This document shows positions 47,700 through 60,340 of a stretch of 64,000 nt of DNA, in pieces (positions within the stretch are counted from its first letter, which is position 1; every line of letters begins with the position of its first letter). Below the pieces are notes generated by a model, which made no database searches, was not told where the DNA came from, and saw only the letters and a program-made list of their open reading frames with translations. The translations under genes and the position numbers were made by a program. The DNA comes from Sphyrna mokarran (taxonomy: Eukaryota), in NCBI GenBank assembly GCA_024679065.1, contig JAGIQG010000019.1, positions 22,506,001-22,570,000 on the forward strand, read 5' to 3'.

Positions 47700-49745
47700 C
47701 TTGGCAGTGATAGCAAGAGGCTCATCAGTAAGATCAAGACTGTTCCACCTTCCAATCCACTTTTCCAAATTATCCTTAAACCCCTCCTTAATTTAATATT
47801 CAAAAAGCTAGTTTTCTGTCTCGAACATACTCAACAAGTGAGTATCCAAAGTTCTCTGGGATAGCCATGATGCTGGTGTTGGAATGGGATGAGCACAGTC
47901 CAGTACCAGCATACTCTGGGATAGAGAATTCCAAAGATTTGTTATTCTTTGAGTGGAGAAATTTCACTTTATCTCAGTCCTTGTTTTGAGTCTAGGATTT
48001 CTAGTATTTGAATATCCAGCCAGGGGAAATATTAACTAGATCAACCTCTTTAAGAGATTTATATGTTTAAATGCAATCATCTTACATTCTTCCAAACATT
48101 AAGGAATATAGATTTAGCCCATTCAATCTTTCTTCTTTGGACAATTCGAGTGAGACTCCAGTGAGATTCTCTCTAAGGCAAGTATATTCTTCTTCAGATA
48201 AGGCTCCATGCCCTATTCTCCAACCTATTCACACAGCTGGTGGGAATCCTGATGCCCCGGTGAACAGGATGTCGGTTAGAAATCGGGATTGCTGACGGAT
48301 GCTAGGTTTCTCAAGATTCAGCCACCCTGCAGGCCCTGTTTGGGTTCCTGCCCAATGGGAACAACAACACAATAATATAAATATCATTAGCAAGGTTTGA
48401 TTGTCAATTCATTAGCTTCTTGCCATTCACCTAGCCCACTAGTGAGAATGTGCTACCTATAAACAGGGGCAATGATGTGCTGTGCCTTAGGGATCCAGGG
48501 GAGCACTACCAACTCTGAGGAAAGAGCGGCATCCTCCACTCTATCATTCAAATCACAGGTCCCATTCTATGCAGGCATGGGGTGACCTGACATGAACACT
48601 TCCTTGGTCCCATCTTCCTCCCTCAGACCACTCACAGTCCCCTCCCCTCCACCCCCAGATCTACCACACAGCCTCCCATCAGGCCATGCGATATGGTAGT
48701 GCCCCAGTGCACTGCCCCCAGCACTGACATCCTAGCTTGGCACCTTGAGCCCTGAGGAGTAGGTCTAGGGGCCTTTTGCCCCTCTGCTGCTGTCAGGCAT
48801 GACTCAAGAGTCATGGGGCTAGCGTTGGCTCAGGCAATTTGGGTTATGCTCAGCACTCTGAACTGGCTGGCTGAGTGGAGGATCTGAGGTTGTCTGAGTA
48901 ATGGGTCTGAGTGGGAGGGGAGCTGGGGGAAGTTGGGGGTTGAGTTGGGTCACCCTCATGCCTCTGTGGGTGGTTAGCTATTATTTGAAGTGGTGTTCCC
49001 CCCCATCCTGGTCAGTGGGATGGGGGCTGGGTGGATTGGGGGGGTAGCAGGGTGGGGGTGTGGGGGTACTGTTTCATTTCTTTGTGGCGGGGGGGGAAGC
49101 CTTTCTCTGAGCGAGGAGAATCGAGGAGGCCTTTAAAAATGGAGGTCCAATCTCGGAAGAGACTGACAGGTGACTTCCTTGCAATGAGCCAATCTGCATC
49201 TTTCAGGTGGTGAATCCCACCTGACTGAAGCTGCCAGTGCAAATGGGAAACACTCCTGTTTTCCAACCGGCATGGGATACTTAGCCACAAAACAGGAGAA
49301 TCAAGTCCCAAAACTGTAAATGGTACTCAATGTACAGTCTCATCAAGGCCCTATATAATCCTTATGAGACTTCTTTGCTCTTACATTCTAATCATAGAAC
49401 CATTACAATGCAGAAGGAGACCATTCGGCCCATTGAGTCTGCACTGACCACAATCCCATGAATTTACCCTAGCTTATGCCCATTACACTAAGAGATAATT
49501 TACCATGGCCAATCCACTTACCCACATATCTTTGGACTGTGGGAAGAAATCGGAGCACCCGGAGGAAACCCACACAGACATGAGGAGAATGTGCACACTC
49601 CACACAGACAGAATTGAGGCCAGAATTGAACCCAAATCCCTAGCACTGAGGCAGCAATGCTAACCACTGTATCACTGTGCCACCTTTTTGGGATGAAAAT
49701 TAATTAAACATTTGCTTTCCAAATTGTTTATTGAAACTGCATGTT
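47700..49745 (-). mobile_element. Old CR1 fragment interrupted by a TIR element (~48205-49310) and an HE1 SINE (49393-49685)
   Basis: The CR1 antisense text ...TTCTTCAGATAAGG resumes as CCAAAACTGTAAATGGTACTC at ~49310. The inserted block has ends CCCTATTCTCC / GGAGAATCAAGTCC. Confidence 0.55.
49393..49685 (-). mobile_element. HE1-type SINE
   Basis: CATAGAACCATTACAATGCAGAAGGAGACCATTCGGCCC tail through GAGGCAGCAATGCTAACCACTG head. Confidence 0.9.
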
Positions 49746-49747
49746 AA

Positions 49748-50780
49748 TAGGAACATAGGATCAAGAATAGACTATTTGACCCTTCAAGCCCACTCTACCA
49801 TTCAATATGATCTGGTTGAGGTCTCAGATCCACTTTCCTGTTTGCCTCTGCAAGACCCTTGGCTCCCTCACCTAACAAAAACCTGTCTAACGCTGTCCTG
49901 AATAAATTCAATGGCCCAGCCTCCAGTACTTTCTGTGGAAGAAAATTCCACAATCCTTTGGGAGAAAACATTTTGCCTCAGCTCAGAATTAAAAGGGACA
50001 CTTCTTATTTTTTAAACTATAGCCCTTTAGTTTTTAGTCTTCTCCCCCCATAAGTGGGAACACCTTCCACATATCCACTTTACCAAGTTTCTTCAGGATC
50101 TGATATGTTTCAGTAAGGTCACCTCTCATTCTTCTAAACTTTAGTGGTTATAGTTCTAATCTGTTCAATTTTTTCTTATAGGACAACTAATTCATCCCAT
50201 GAATGAATTCAGTGTATCTTTTAAATGACAAGAACTGCACACATTACTCCAGATGTAGTCTCACTGAGGCACTGTGCAACTGTAGTAAAACATCCTTACT
50301 TACATATTCCATTTCTCCTGTAGTAAATAAGGTGGCATGGTGGCACAGTAGTTAGCATTGCTATCTCACAATGCTAGGGACCTAGGTTCAATTCCAGCCA
50401 TGGGTCACTATCTGTGTGGAGTTTGCACTTTCTCCCAGTGTCTACATTTCCGTTGGGTGCTCCGATTTCCTCGCACATTCCAAAAATGTGCGGGTTAGGT
50501 TGATTGGCCATGCTAAATTGACCCCAGTGTCAGGGGGATTAGCAGGATAAAAGTGTGGGGTTGTGGGCATGTGGCCTGAATGAAATTGTGGTCAGTGTGA
50601 GCTCGATGGGCTGAATGGCCTACTTTTGTACTGTAGGGATTCTATGAAATATCAATACTCCATTTGCTTTCCTAATTATTTGCTGTACCTGCATACTAAC
50701 TTCATGTGACTCAGGTACCAGGCCATTTAGATTCCTCCATCATATTGAGTTCTGCAATTTTCTTCTAACTTACATAGTAC
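49748..50780 (-). mobile_element. CR1-type LINE 3' fragment split by an HE1 SINE (50330-50647, + strand)
   Basis: TAGGAACATAGG tail, antisense RT C-terminus, resuming at 50648. Confidence 0.75.
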
Positions 50781-50784
50781 TCTG

Positions 50785-51165
50785 CCTAGCGCTGCTACCT
50801 CACAGCATCAGAGACCTGGGTTCGATTCCAGCCTTGTTCCTGTACGGAACAAAGAACAAAGAAGATAACAACACAGGAACAGGCCTGTGTCTGCAACCAT
50901 GCTACTTGTGTCTGCAGGGTTTCCTTGGGAAACTGTGGTTTCCTGCAATAGTCTAAAGATGTGTGGGTTAGGTGGATTGGCCATGCTAAATTGCCCCTTC
51001 GTGTCCCAAGATGTGTAGATTAGGGGGATTTGTGGGATGAATATGTGAGGTTACGGGGATAGTGTAGGTGGTTGGCCTAAGTAAGATACTCTGGAGAGTC
51101 AACGCAGACTCAATGGGCCAAATGGTCTCTCTCTGCACTGTAGGGAATCTGTGGATTCTATGTTA
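50785..51165 (+). mobile_element. HE1-type SINE with a short antisense CR1-tail insert (~50846-50905)
   Basis: Head TAGCGCTGCTACCTCACAGC, internal GAACAAAGAACAAAGAAG...CAGGAACAGGCC, standard tail. Confidence 0.8.
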
Positions 51166-51844
51166 TAGTGCATTCTTAAACTTTTTTCAAAAATCATTTT
51201 TAACTTCAACTGCTGGTGTGCTCTTAAATTTATGTTCTGATCCTTCTCGTCATCACCCTGTATCTCATTAACTTTCCTGGTATTAAGGGCTCTAACTTTT
51301 AGTAGAGAGGACTTTATTTGGGCAGATGCTTATTAGCTAGGCTAGTGATGACAGCAGATTTTGTGAGGCTTTAGCTATTTTTTTTTTGTCTTGCCAGTGC
51401 CTGTGGTTCCTGGCACTCTCTGCAAACCTGCTTCAATGCCACGTTCACCAAGTGGCTTTCCTTTGCTTGCCTGCACTCCGTTCTTTGGCAAAACAACACA
51501 GTGAGCAATTACTCTGCTTTCCCCAGTATTTAGATACTTACTTGGCTCCTGATTGTAAGTCATTGCTGTAAGTATTATTCTTCTGCAATGGATGCCCTGC
51601 TGTGCAAATAAAAACACTCCCATTTTAGTAATGGAGCGATTAGTATAAAGCCTATGTTACTCTAGCAGAAATCCAAAGAAGTTGAATTCATACTTAGTTG
51701 GGGAATTTGAGTTTTTTATGGAAAAAAATGATGACATTTTTAGACTGTGGTAAAAAGAACCATATCACTTCACGTTGCCTTCTTTACCTATGTGATTTCA
51801 TTCCCACTCAGTGTCAATGACTCTTACCTGTTCTTGTCCAAGAG

Positions 51845-52170
51845 TCATAGAATCATAGAATTGTAGAATCCCTAAGTGCAGAAGGAGGCCATTCAGCCTA
51901 TTGAGCCCACATCAACAACAATTCCACCTCGGCCCTACTCCCATTACCCCACAGATTCACCCTGCTAATCTCCAGGTTCTACAGGGCAATTTAGCATGGT
52001 CAATCGGTCTAATCTGCACATCTTGGACTGTAGGAGGAAACCAGAGTGCCTGGAGAGAACCCACATAGAGATAGGAAGAATGTGCAAATTCCACACAGAC
52101 AGTTTTCCTTACCCAGAATTGAACCCTGGTACCTGATGCTGTTAGGCAGTAGTGCTAATCACTGTGCCAA
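51845..52170 (-). mobile_element. HE1-type SINE
   Basis: CATAGAATCATAGAATTGTAGAATCCC tail through head. Confidence 0.88.
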
Positions 52171-53699
52171 CCAGTAAATCATTTAATTGTATAAGGAAGG
52201 AGGCCCCATTACCTCCTCCAATCTCTCATTGGCATCCGTGGAGGAATAAGAAATGTCAGCCTTGCCAATAATTCTCACGTACTGAGAATAATGAAGGAAG
52301 CTTCAAGAACACTAGGTTAAGGGATGATTATCACAGAATTGTTCCAGCGCAGAAGGAGGCCATTTGCCTGTATGAACAAATCACTCAGTGACATTCTCCT
52401 GCCTTCTTCCTGTAACCCTGCACATCCATGCTTTTCAAATGATTGTTTAATTTCCTTTTGAATATCTCAGTTGAACCTACCTCCACCACGCTCTCAGACA
52501 GAGCATTCCAGACTTTAAAATTAGTTTCAGCATTCAGGTTCACACTGGCCGTGAAAGATCCTATAATTAGCATAATTATTCTAATTAAGGACATTTAATG
52601 TGAAAACATCAGTTAAACCATTATGGTAACTTGACTTAACGTGTTACTAGAAGGCATTCCCAAAATAGTGTCCTGCTGCCTTTAGTTGTGCAACATTTGA
52701 GGACAAATCGCTGTTTTATTTCGGTGCAGTAAACATCTTTCACAGCAGCTCATATTGAATACTATTTAACCTCACATAGCTCAACAACACTAGGGATCTT
52801 CTCATTTTTACAAGGATCACAATCCATCACGGCACTCGGAGAGTTCCCATAGCTGGAAAATCTCTGGAGGAGCTTCCTGTGAAATCAGTGTTGCTTCTGA
52901 ATAAATAAAAAAAGAAACGAAGCAGATTGCTGACTGCATATTTTTTGGGGGCTGATTGAAAGGTGAAAGTTGTAATTTGTTTTTATTGTCAGTGGGTGAG
53001 CTTTCAGAGAGTAAAACAATGACCCTCTGCAAATTCTTAACACTCAGGCATATCTCTTGCTCTGCTGGCAATGTGCGACCGATGGAGGAAATCCATCACT
53101 GGATTCATCAAGCATTCTGGTAACAAACTGTTTTCTCTGTGGAATAGCATCAGTAGAAATCCTTATCATTTATCTCCCATACAAATGTCTTTCTGTTTTG
53201 AATGTTTCAGCTAATACCGTTCAATTTCCCCAGGAGGATCTGAAGGGGACTACAGCTGGCTTATAATGGGATTCATAATATTCCTAATATTTGCAGGATG
53301 AACTATGGGCTTTAGAGTTGAATGGGGGTTAACTTCCTTTCCCCCTTTGTCAACGCAATGTGTTGGGGTTTTAGGGCACTTAACTCTGGAGTGTAATTAC
53401 TGTGAGAATAATAGGCCTGAGCTTAATCCCGCCTGGCCAATAGATGGTGAAAATGGCAATGTTTTGCTATCTAGTCCCCAGTCCAGCTCATTTATTTTAC
53501 ACTTTTAGGACCTTTGGTCCCCAGTAAATTTTGTATGTATATCATGGGGGACTATTCTTACCAATTTCTTCAGCTGGAGGATCATTTGGAAGAAGAAGAG
53601 CAGCACAAGTTACTGACCAGCAGAAGACAGGAGGTGAAGGGAGCCTTTCTAGAAGGCCTCAAACATACCATTCATAGAGAGGGAAAGGGATGGATGCAG

Positions 53700-54045
53700 A
53701 ATGTAATGTTACAGTCATAGCTAGGATGTAGAGAAAGATCAACTTAATGCAAGTTAAGTCCATTCAAAAGTCTGACAGCAGGGAAGAAGCTGCTTTTGAG
53801 TCAGTTGATACGTGAGCTCAAACTTTTGTATCTGGGTTCTGGCAGAAGGAGGTGAAAGAGATTATGTCTGAGATGCAAGGTGTCCTTGATTTTGCTGGCT
53901 GTTTTGACAAGGCAGTGGGAAGTGGAGACAGTGTCAATGGATGAAAGGAGGTCTTGTGTGATGGACCAGGTTTCATTCACGACCCTTTGTAGTTTCTTGC
54001 TGTCTTGGATAGAGCAGGAACGATACCAAGATGTCATACAACCAG
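53700..54045 (-). mobile_element. Rex1/Babar-type LINE 3' fragment
   Basis: TSWYRSCSIQDSKKLQRVVN...SITQ..LSSID.V.TSHCL.KTASKIKD..H..HNLFHLL...RYKSL matches the recalled Rex1-like C-terminal pattern WYGNCSAQDRKKLQRVV...KAASIIKDP.HPGH.LF.LLPSGRRYRSL. Confidence 0.75.
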
Positions 54046-54477
54046 AAGCTGGGCAACTGAATTGAATCTATCTGTAGGCTGAGCTTCTAGCAGGCTGCTC
54101 TGGGCCTTTGCAACCTCTGTGCCCACTGAACCTTGAGGCTGACTTATCAGTATTTGTCCATGTCATCTGAATCTTGAATGTTTTCACCACTGGTTCCTTT
54201 CATTCTACTGCAGAGAACAGCCTGTCTCAGTTTGCGATGTACAACAACATTGAAAACAGGTCACTGATGTCCTATTTATCAGAGCTAGTAGTACATCATC
54301 TTCCCTAACAACCTTAATGGTCAACATTAGCACCATTGGAGATTTGCTGCAGAAGAATCATTGACTGCACACATGTTGCTGTTTTGTTCTGTTCAGGATC
54401 TAGATGGGGTAGTTTAGTGCTTGTCTATTCTCCCAAAGTAACCTCCTCGACACTGTACCTTGTTACAATTATTACTT

Positions 54478-54682
54478 AGAACATAGAACACTACAACACA
54501 AACAGGCTCTTCGGCCCACAAGTTGCACCGATCATACCCATACCTACCAGGCCATAGAACTACCTGTAACTCCCAATCCCATTTAATCCCATGTACTCAT
54601 CCAGAAGTCTTTTAAAAGACCCCAGAGAGTTTGCCTCCACCGCCACCGATGGCAGCCAATTCCATTCACTCACCACCCTTTG
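54478..54682 (-). mobile_element. CR1-type LINE 3' end
   Basis: TAGAACATAGAACACTACAACACAAACAGGCTCTTCGGCCCACAAG tail. Confidence 0.8.
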
Positions 54683-55129
54683 AATAGTTCTCATTCTCAA
54701 TGAAATTCTGACAGGCAGTGCTCAGGATCTGCACAGGATGTTCCAGAGGATTTGACCTGGGAATGTGGTCACTTAGCGGCAATGTGAACTGTCCTACCCA
54801 ATTAGCAGAATTGCTGTGCCGGGCTTTGCTGAATGTAAGGGCCTGCAGCAGAATTTACATGGACAGGATATTTGTATCAGGAATGAAAGGCACAGCTTCA
54901 CAGCTGCAGGCAACACAAATCCAGAAATCAAAGCAGCAAATACATTATAATTGTGCATCTATGAATCTCAGAACACCACAAGCAATGGTTTTCAAAGTCC
55001 CTAAACCCCCACCAACCTTGCCCTGACTGCAAATGCCTTCAAACATTTTTGGAACTGACCCTCTCCCACTTGCTTGTATCACTTCTGCCTGCTTGCTGAA
55101 AACAGGAGCTGTTTGTTTCTAATTCATTT

Positions 55130-55960
55130 CCATAGAATAATGGAATGGTTACAAAGAGAAGGAGCCCGTTCAACCCATTGTATCCAAGCTGATTCTCTGC
55201 AAGACCAACTCAGCTGGTCCCATTCCCTATCCCTTTTTCATAGTCACAATTTTTTTTCCCTCTCTCCTAGAGCTTATCTGATTCCCTTTTGGAAGCCACA
55301 ATTGAATCAGTCCCTACCACACTCTCAGGCGGTGCAGACCTGACCCTAATCACGCTGCATAAAAATATTTTTCCTCATGATGCATTGGTTGTTTTGCCAT
55401 TCATCTTAAATTGGTATCCCTTCTGCCGATGAGAATAGCTTCCCTCTATTTATTCTTGCCTGCACTCCTCATGAAAGATTTATAAATACAGCACTTGGGG
55501 CTAAAGGGATCAAAGCATATTGGGGAAAGGGGGATCAGGATTTTGATTTTGATGATCAGCTATGATTAAAATGAATGGTGGATCAGACTGGAAGGGACAA
55601 ATGGCCTACTCCTGCTTCTGGTTTCTATGATTTTGAAAAGTTTTGTCAAATCTCTTCTCAGCCTTTCTTTTCTCTAAGGAGAACAATCCCAGCTTCTCCA
55701 ATATACCCAGATAACTGCAACACCTCACAGCCAAATCCATTCTCATAAATTTTTACTGCACCATCTCTAAAGCATCTATCTACTTGCTAAATTATGATTC
55801 CCAAGAACTGGCGCAATCTTCCAATTTTTTTTTTATAAAATTATATAACTCCCTTGCTTTTGCACTGTATGCCTCTATTTTAAAAGCTGATGTTTTTATA
55901 TGCCTTTTTAATTATTTTATTCATCTGTCTTGCCACCTTTAATGTGCATGTGGGATCCTT
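55130..55960 (-). mobile_element. Degenerate CR1 3' fragment with a nested + strand CR1 tail (~55478-55630)
   Basis: CATAGAATAATGGAATGGTTACA tail. Nested GGATCAAAGCATATTGGGG...GAATGGTGG...TGGCCTACTCCTGCTTCT. Confidence 0.65.
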
Positions 55961-57029
55961 TTATATTGTTTGTTCAGTTAAAGTACTTCATTTTAAGAAA
56001 TTTCTGCCCCGTAACTAAATATGTTAAGCTTTAAAGCTAACTTGGCCACATTTTAAATGCAGCAGGAATTCTGGGATTAACTTGGAAGGTTGACTGCATT
56101 CTAAACAAAACTAAGTTTTTTATAAACAGAAGCTTTCATGCCATACAGCTGCCAATTGTTTATTTCTAAGTTGGAGACTGTGTACACCAGCAATTTCAAT
56201 AACACAGATAAGAATTCATATTTTGCAATAACAGCTATCTGTTTAGTTAGTTCAGTCCTGTGCAATGTTTGGATTGACTCTGTATCAGGAATTACTTCTG
56301 CTGGTCTCTCCCCCTCTCTCTCTCTCAAGTAATCCTCTTTTGCTTTCTGTAATATGTTAATTTTAAATATGTTCAATGAAAGAAATTTAAATTCGGACCA
56401 GTGCTGTCTACATCTATTCTAAGAAATGAATAGACCCTACAGTGCACCTATCCCGAGGTGCCTCTACTCTTATTCTTTTAGAATTATACTCTTTATATCC
56501 TGTTCCAGTTTAAGTTATCTCTGTTTGTTTAACTTCAGACTTCCAGAAAACATCTCTTTTCTCCAGTCCCCTTAACTAGCTGTTCTTTAGATTTCTGTCA
56601 CTTACTTCCTTGTCTTTACATTGTGTGGATTTTTCTTGAACAAAGCTATGAGATGTTCCCTCGCTAGCTATGAAACTGTTTCTGCTTCTGGCAGAGGGCT
56701 CTCTCTCAATCTTCCTAGTTCCACCTGCTGGGAATTTGCCTAAAATAAAACTCAAAAAGTCTTCCTACTGAAAAGTTGTATCTGGTTGCTAAGCAACAGC
56801 TCATTCTTTCTTCAATGCGCTCAATTACCTTTCATGCTGTATATTCTCTCAGCATAATAGAACAATTTGAACTGAAACTAAAACGCCTTTGTCTAACATG
56901 AATCTAACTAGATTCAGATTTTTTTCTACTCAGAAACACTAAATTAAGCCCATGTAAATCTATGCTTTATTCCTAACATCCAGCAATACAAATATACATC
57001 ACTGAAAATTACGTCTGCTTCCTGACCAA

Positions 57030-57530
57030 TGCCATTGTATATGGTCTGAAAAACAAGACCACTACTCTTTCACTGAAGCAACATTTTCTCCATACTGCCA
57101 TTGTCCATTTTATTGCAATGGCTTCAACTCTGCCAGCAAGCTTTTCAAATGCTTTATGGAAGGCCAGATAGAGCAGATCAACAACATTGTCCTCATCAAC
57201 CTTTCCTGCTACTTGGACAAAAAAACTGTTATTCCTTTAACAAATCTGTTCTGGTTTAATTATCCAAATTTGTCCAAATGTCTGTTTATTTTGTTAAGCA
57301 TTATAATTTCTGAAAGCTTTCCCATCACTAACATTAAATACATTGCCCTGTAATTGCTAGGTTTATCCTTACACTGTTATTTGAAAACATGTGCAATTCT
57401 CCAGTCCTTCAGCACCACTCCCATTTCTAAGAAAGATTATGGCCAGTACTTCCACAATCTTACCATTAGTTCTTTAAGGATCCTCAGATGCATTTGATCC
57501 AGTCCTGGTAACTTATCAACTTTAAGTTTG
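57030..57530 (-). mobile_element. Old CR1 RT fragment
   Basis: AGCTTTTCAAATGCTTTATGGAAG...CAACATTGTCCTCATCAACC is the antisense of the VDV..DFQKAFDK region. Confidence 0.55.
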
Positions 57531-58634
57531 CATTTGTAACAATTCCTCCTTACCAATTTTGAGCAACAATGAAAAATTTCTTTTTAAATTCCATGATTCA
57601 ATGAAAGGGACTTACCTAGTCCTGAAAGTAAACCACTTTGTCTTGTGTTCTAACCTAGTGTTATTGGGGATTTGTAAGATCTGCTGCATTGTTTTAAATA
57701 GTGGTTCACGCACACTAAAATGGGATGGACCATAGTTAACCATGTAATACGATGCATTTCACCACTGAGGAGGTCCACTTCAATTCATTGTGTTATAATT
57801 CATGAAGCCACTTGAGATAATATAAATCTTAGTAAATCGCAGTGCATAATATAGTCCACATTTTGACTTCATAGGATGGTACTTGAGATAATGTGCAAGC
57901 GACTTATTGGCAAAGCATAAATTAATTAAATCATTTGAAAAAGTTGACGCGCAGATAAGCGGCACTAATGATGTTGCAAAATTTTTTAGAACAGTCTTAA
58001 AAATGTCAAAAGCCTCGTGCATCTTTCTGTTTCGTTAAAATGTTAATCCTACAATTATTAGATCTTTTCAAAGTATGAAAACCTGCAAAGAGTAAAAAAA
58101 AATCAATGGCTGTTTAACTGTGGTATTTGGTAACTGTTTGCCCTCCGAGCAAAGCCCTCACATTTATGAGTCATTGCATTGAACTGAAAATGCTAATCAG
58201 TAGTCCTCCTCAGTGAAAGTGAATTTGTCCTTGACAGTCACATAAGACAACTCAACTAATCATGCTGTTACACAGTCATGGCTATAAGAACTACATTACT
58301 GAAGTGTCATGAGCTCTTCTTGCTCTCCATCCCTGTGTGCATAATGCATAAAAATTTCCAGTGATTCCAGCCACTTGATATGTATTATTGCAAATCCCAC
58401 ACAGCTACAGATAGCTAAAGGATGAATTACTAATAATTACTAACCTAACCCTAATGCACTATTTCTTTCACAAGGACCCAGCTTTGGGTCAACATGACGT
58501 TTACCTAAGGCATTTACAATTAGTAATATATCTTTTATTGCAAATAAAACTAAAATTAAAACCTGCTTTGCAGAGACTGGAGATTTAGTCATAAAGAAGG
58601 GCTTTAAAAAATTGAACTTTTATTTAAATTAAGG

Positions 58635-59215
58635 TGCTGGCGAGGCCAGACTTGGATTCTGTGTACAGTTTGGTCTCCTTACTTGAAAAAGGCTGTACTG
58701 GCACTGGAGGAGGTGCAGGGGAAATTTGTTCAGTTGATTCCAGAAATGTGAGAGTTGGCATATGAGGAGAGACTGAGTAGAGTGGGACTATATTCATTGG
58801 AATTTAGAAGAATGAGGCGGGGGGAGGGGTGTTATAGAAACATATAAAATTATGAAGGGAACAGATAAGATAGAAACAGGGAGGTTGCTTCCCCTGGCAG
58901 ATGAAACTAAAATGAGGGGGCATAGCCTCAATTTAAGGGGAAGCCGATCCAGGACTGAGATAAGGAGAAACTCCTTAACCCAAAGGATTATGAATCTATG
59001 GAAATCCCTGGCCCAGTGAAGCAGTTGAGGCTACGTCATTGAATGTTTTTAAGGCAAAGATAGATTTTTAACAGTAAAAGAATTAAGGGTTATAGTGAGT
59101 GGGCGGGTAAGTGCAGCTGAGTTCACGAAAAGATTGGCTATGATCTTATTGAATTATGAAGCAGGCTCGAGGGGCCAGATGGTCTATTCCTGCTCCAAGT
59201 TCTTCTGTTCTTTAT
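58635..59215 (+). mobile_element. CR1-type LINE 3' fragment
   Basis: LARPDLDSVYSLVS (consensus VRPHLEYCVQFWSP), LEEVQ, YEERLSRVGLYSLEFRRMR, RTEIRRNSLTQRIMNLWKSL, then 3' UTR. Confidence 0.88.
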
Positions 59216-59441
59216 GCTCTTAATTTAGAACCCTTCACATCACAGGTATGGCTAAACCAGCACTTTACACAGCTTGATCATCCTTCCTTGGGATTTGCAG
59301 TTATCCTCCCATGAACAGGTTAGTTATCTTTACTGCTTCTACATACTATGCCATTTGTTTTGGTGAGAATTATCCCAATATTCCCATATTTCACTTTTGT
59401 CTTGTGTTCTGTAGTCAAGAGCCATTTAGTTTATATTCTCT

Positions 59442-59561
59442 GGGTGGAAATTTACTGACACAGCCGCCCGAATGCGATCCCGCCAAGGCCAACAGAGAAT
59501 GCCATTCTTTGAGCCTTGCCCACTCCCAGAACAGGGCAGGCATGCTGGTAAAATTCCGACC
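59442..59561. mobile_element. ~120-bp MITE with Harbinger-like TIRs
   Basis: GGGTGGAAATTTAC / GTAAAATTCCGACC inverted ends. Confidence 0.55.
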
Positions 59562-60174
59562 TCCGTATTTATTTCCATTTTTATTATGTTCTATTTATCC
59601 GTATTAAAATCTATTTGATATTTGCCTTCTTTCAACTATTTTATTGTTGCTCTAGTTTGGCCAAATTTTAATCTATCCCAGAAATTGGCCTCATCCTCCT
59701 ACGTCCTCCATGTGGAATAATCATGTGTGAGGTCAACATAAAAACTTTGCTGAAATCTATGTGTTGCGTTAGTGGGAATTGAATCTCCTTAGGCAGTCCC
59801 TCAGCATCGAGGCTGACAATAGGCAGGATTTTCAATTATATTGATGACTTCCAGCCGTAGCCAGGTGACAGTCTACTGGATGAAATACTTCTTCTCGCAG
59901 AATGCCTGGCAAGGTGATTGACAAACTCCTGTTCTGGTACTTCACCTGTCCAGTACTTCGTTTACCTTCAGCTGTACTGCCATATTGCCAGCCTTCAGGG
60001 CAGCACAGGAGCAACTTTCATCTTCCCTTTCTGATGAGGGACAAAAGAGGGAGCAACAATTTCTCTAATACCATCAGCAGTGTCACTCCCCCAACCTTCA
60101 GCCTCTTCACAGAGCCTTCACAATTTAAAGAGAGTGGACACTGATGCCCCCCTGGAAGGATGTGAGACTTCCAA

Positions 60175-60340
60175 AGCAGGCAGAGGATCAGTTTTATTTA
60201 CCTGAACACCAGTTCCTTGGCAGGCTTAGGTTGTCAAGGCTGCAGACATCAGCAGTGACCTGCTTTATGGAACAGGATCTCCTCCCCAGTGGAAGAGGTT
60301 AGCATGCGTTTCCAGGGGCTGATCAGGTGCCTATTACTGA
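60175..60340 (+). pseudogene. Harbinger (HARBI1-like) transposase N-terminal fragment
   Basis: RQRISF(frameshift)PEHQFLGRLRLSR...MEQDLLPSGRG*HAFPGADQV resembles Harbinger transposase RQRISFLDLSEEQCLRRLRLSR...DLLP.G.GGHALPVAVKVT. Confidence 0.65.

Noticed and set aside
51398-51500. Possible + strand exon (polypyrimidine tract, CAG, ending at GTGAGC)
   Set aside because: 103 nt, no recognisable peptide in any frame and no partner exons. Such sites arise often by chance.
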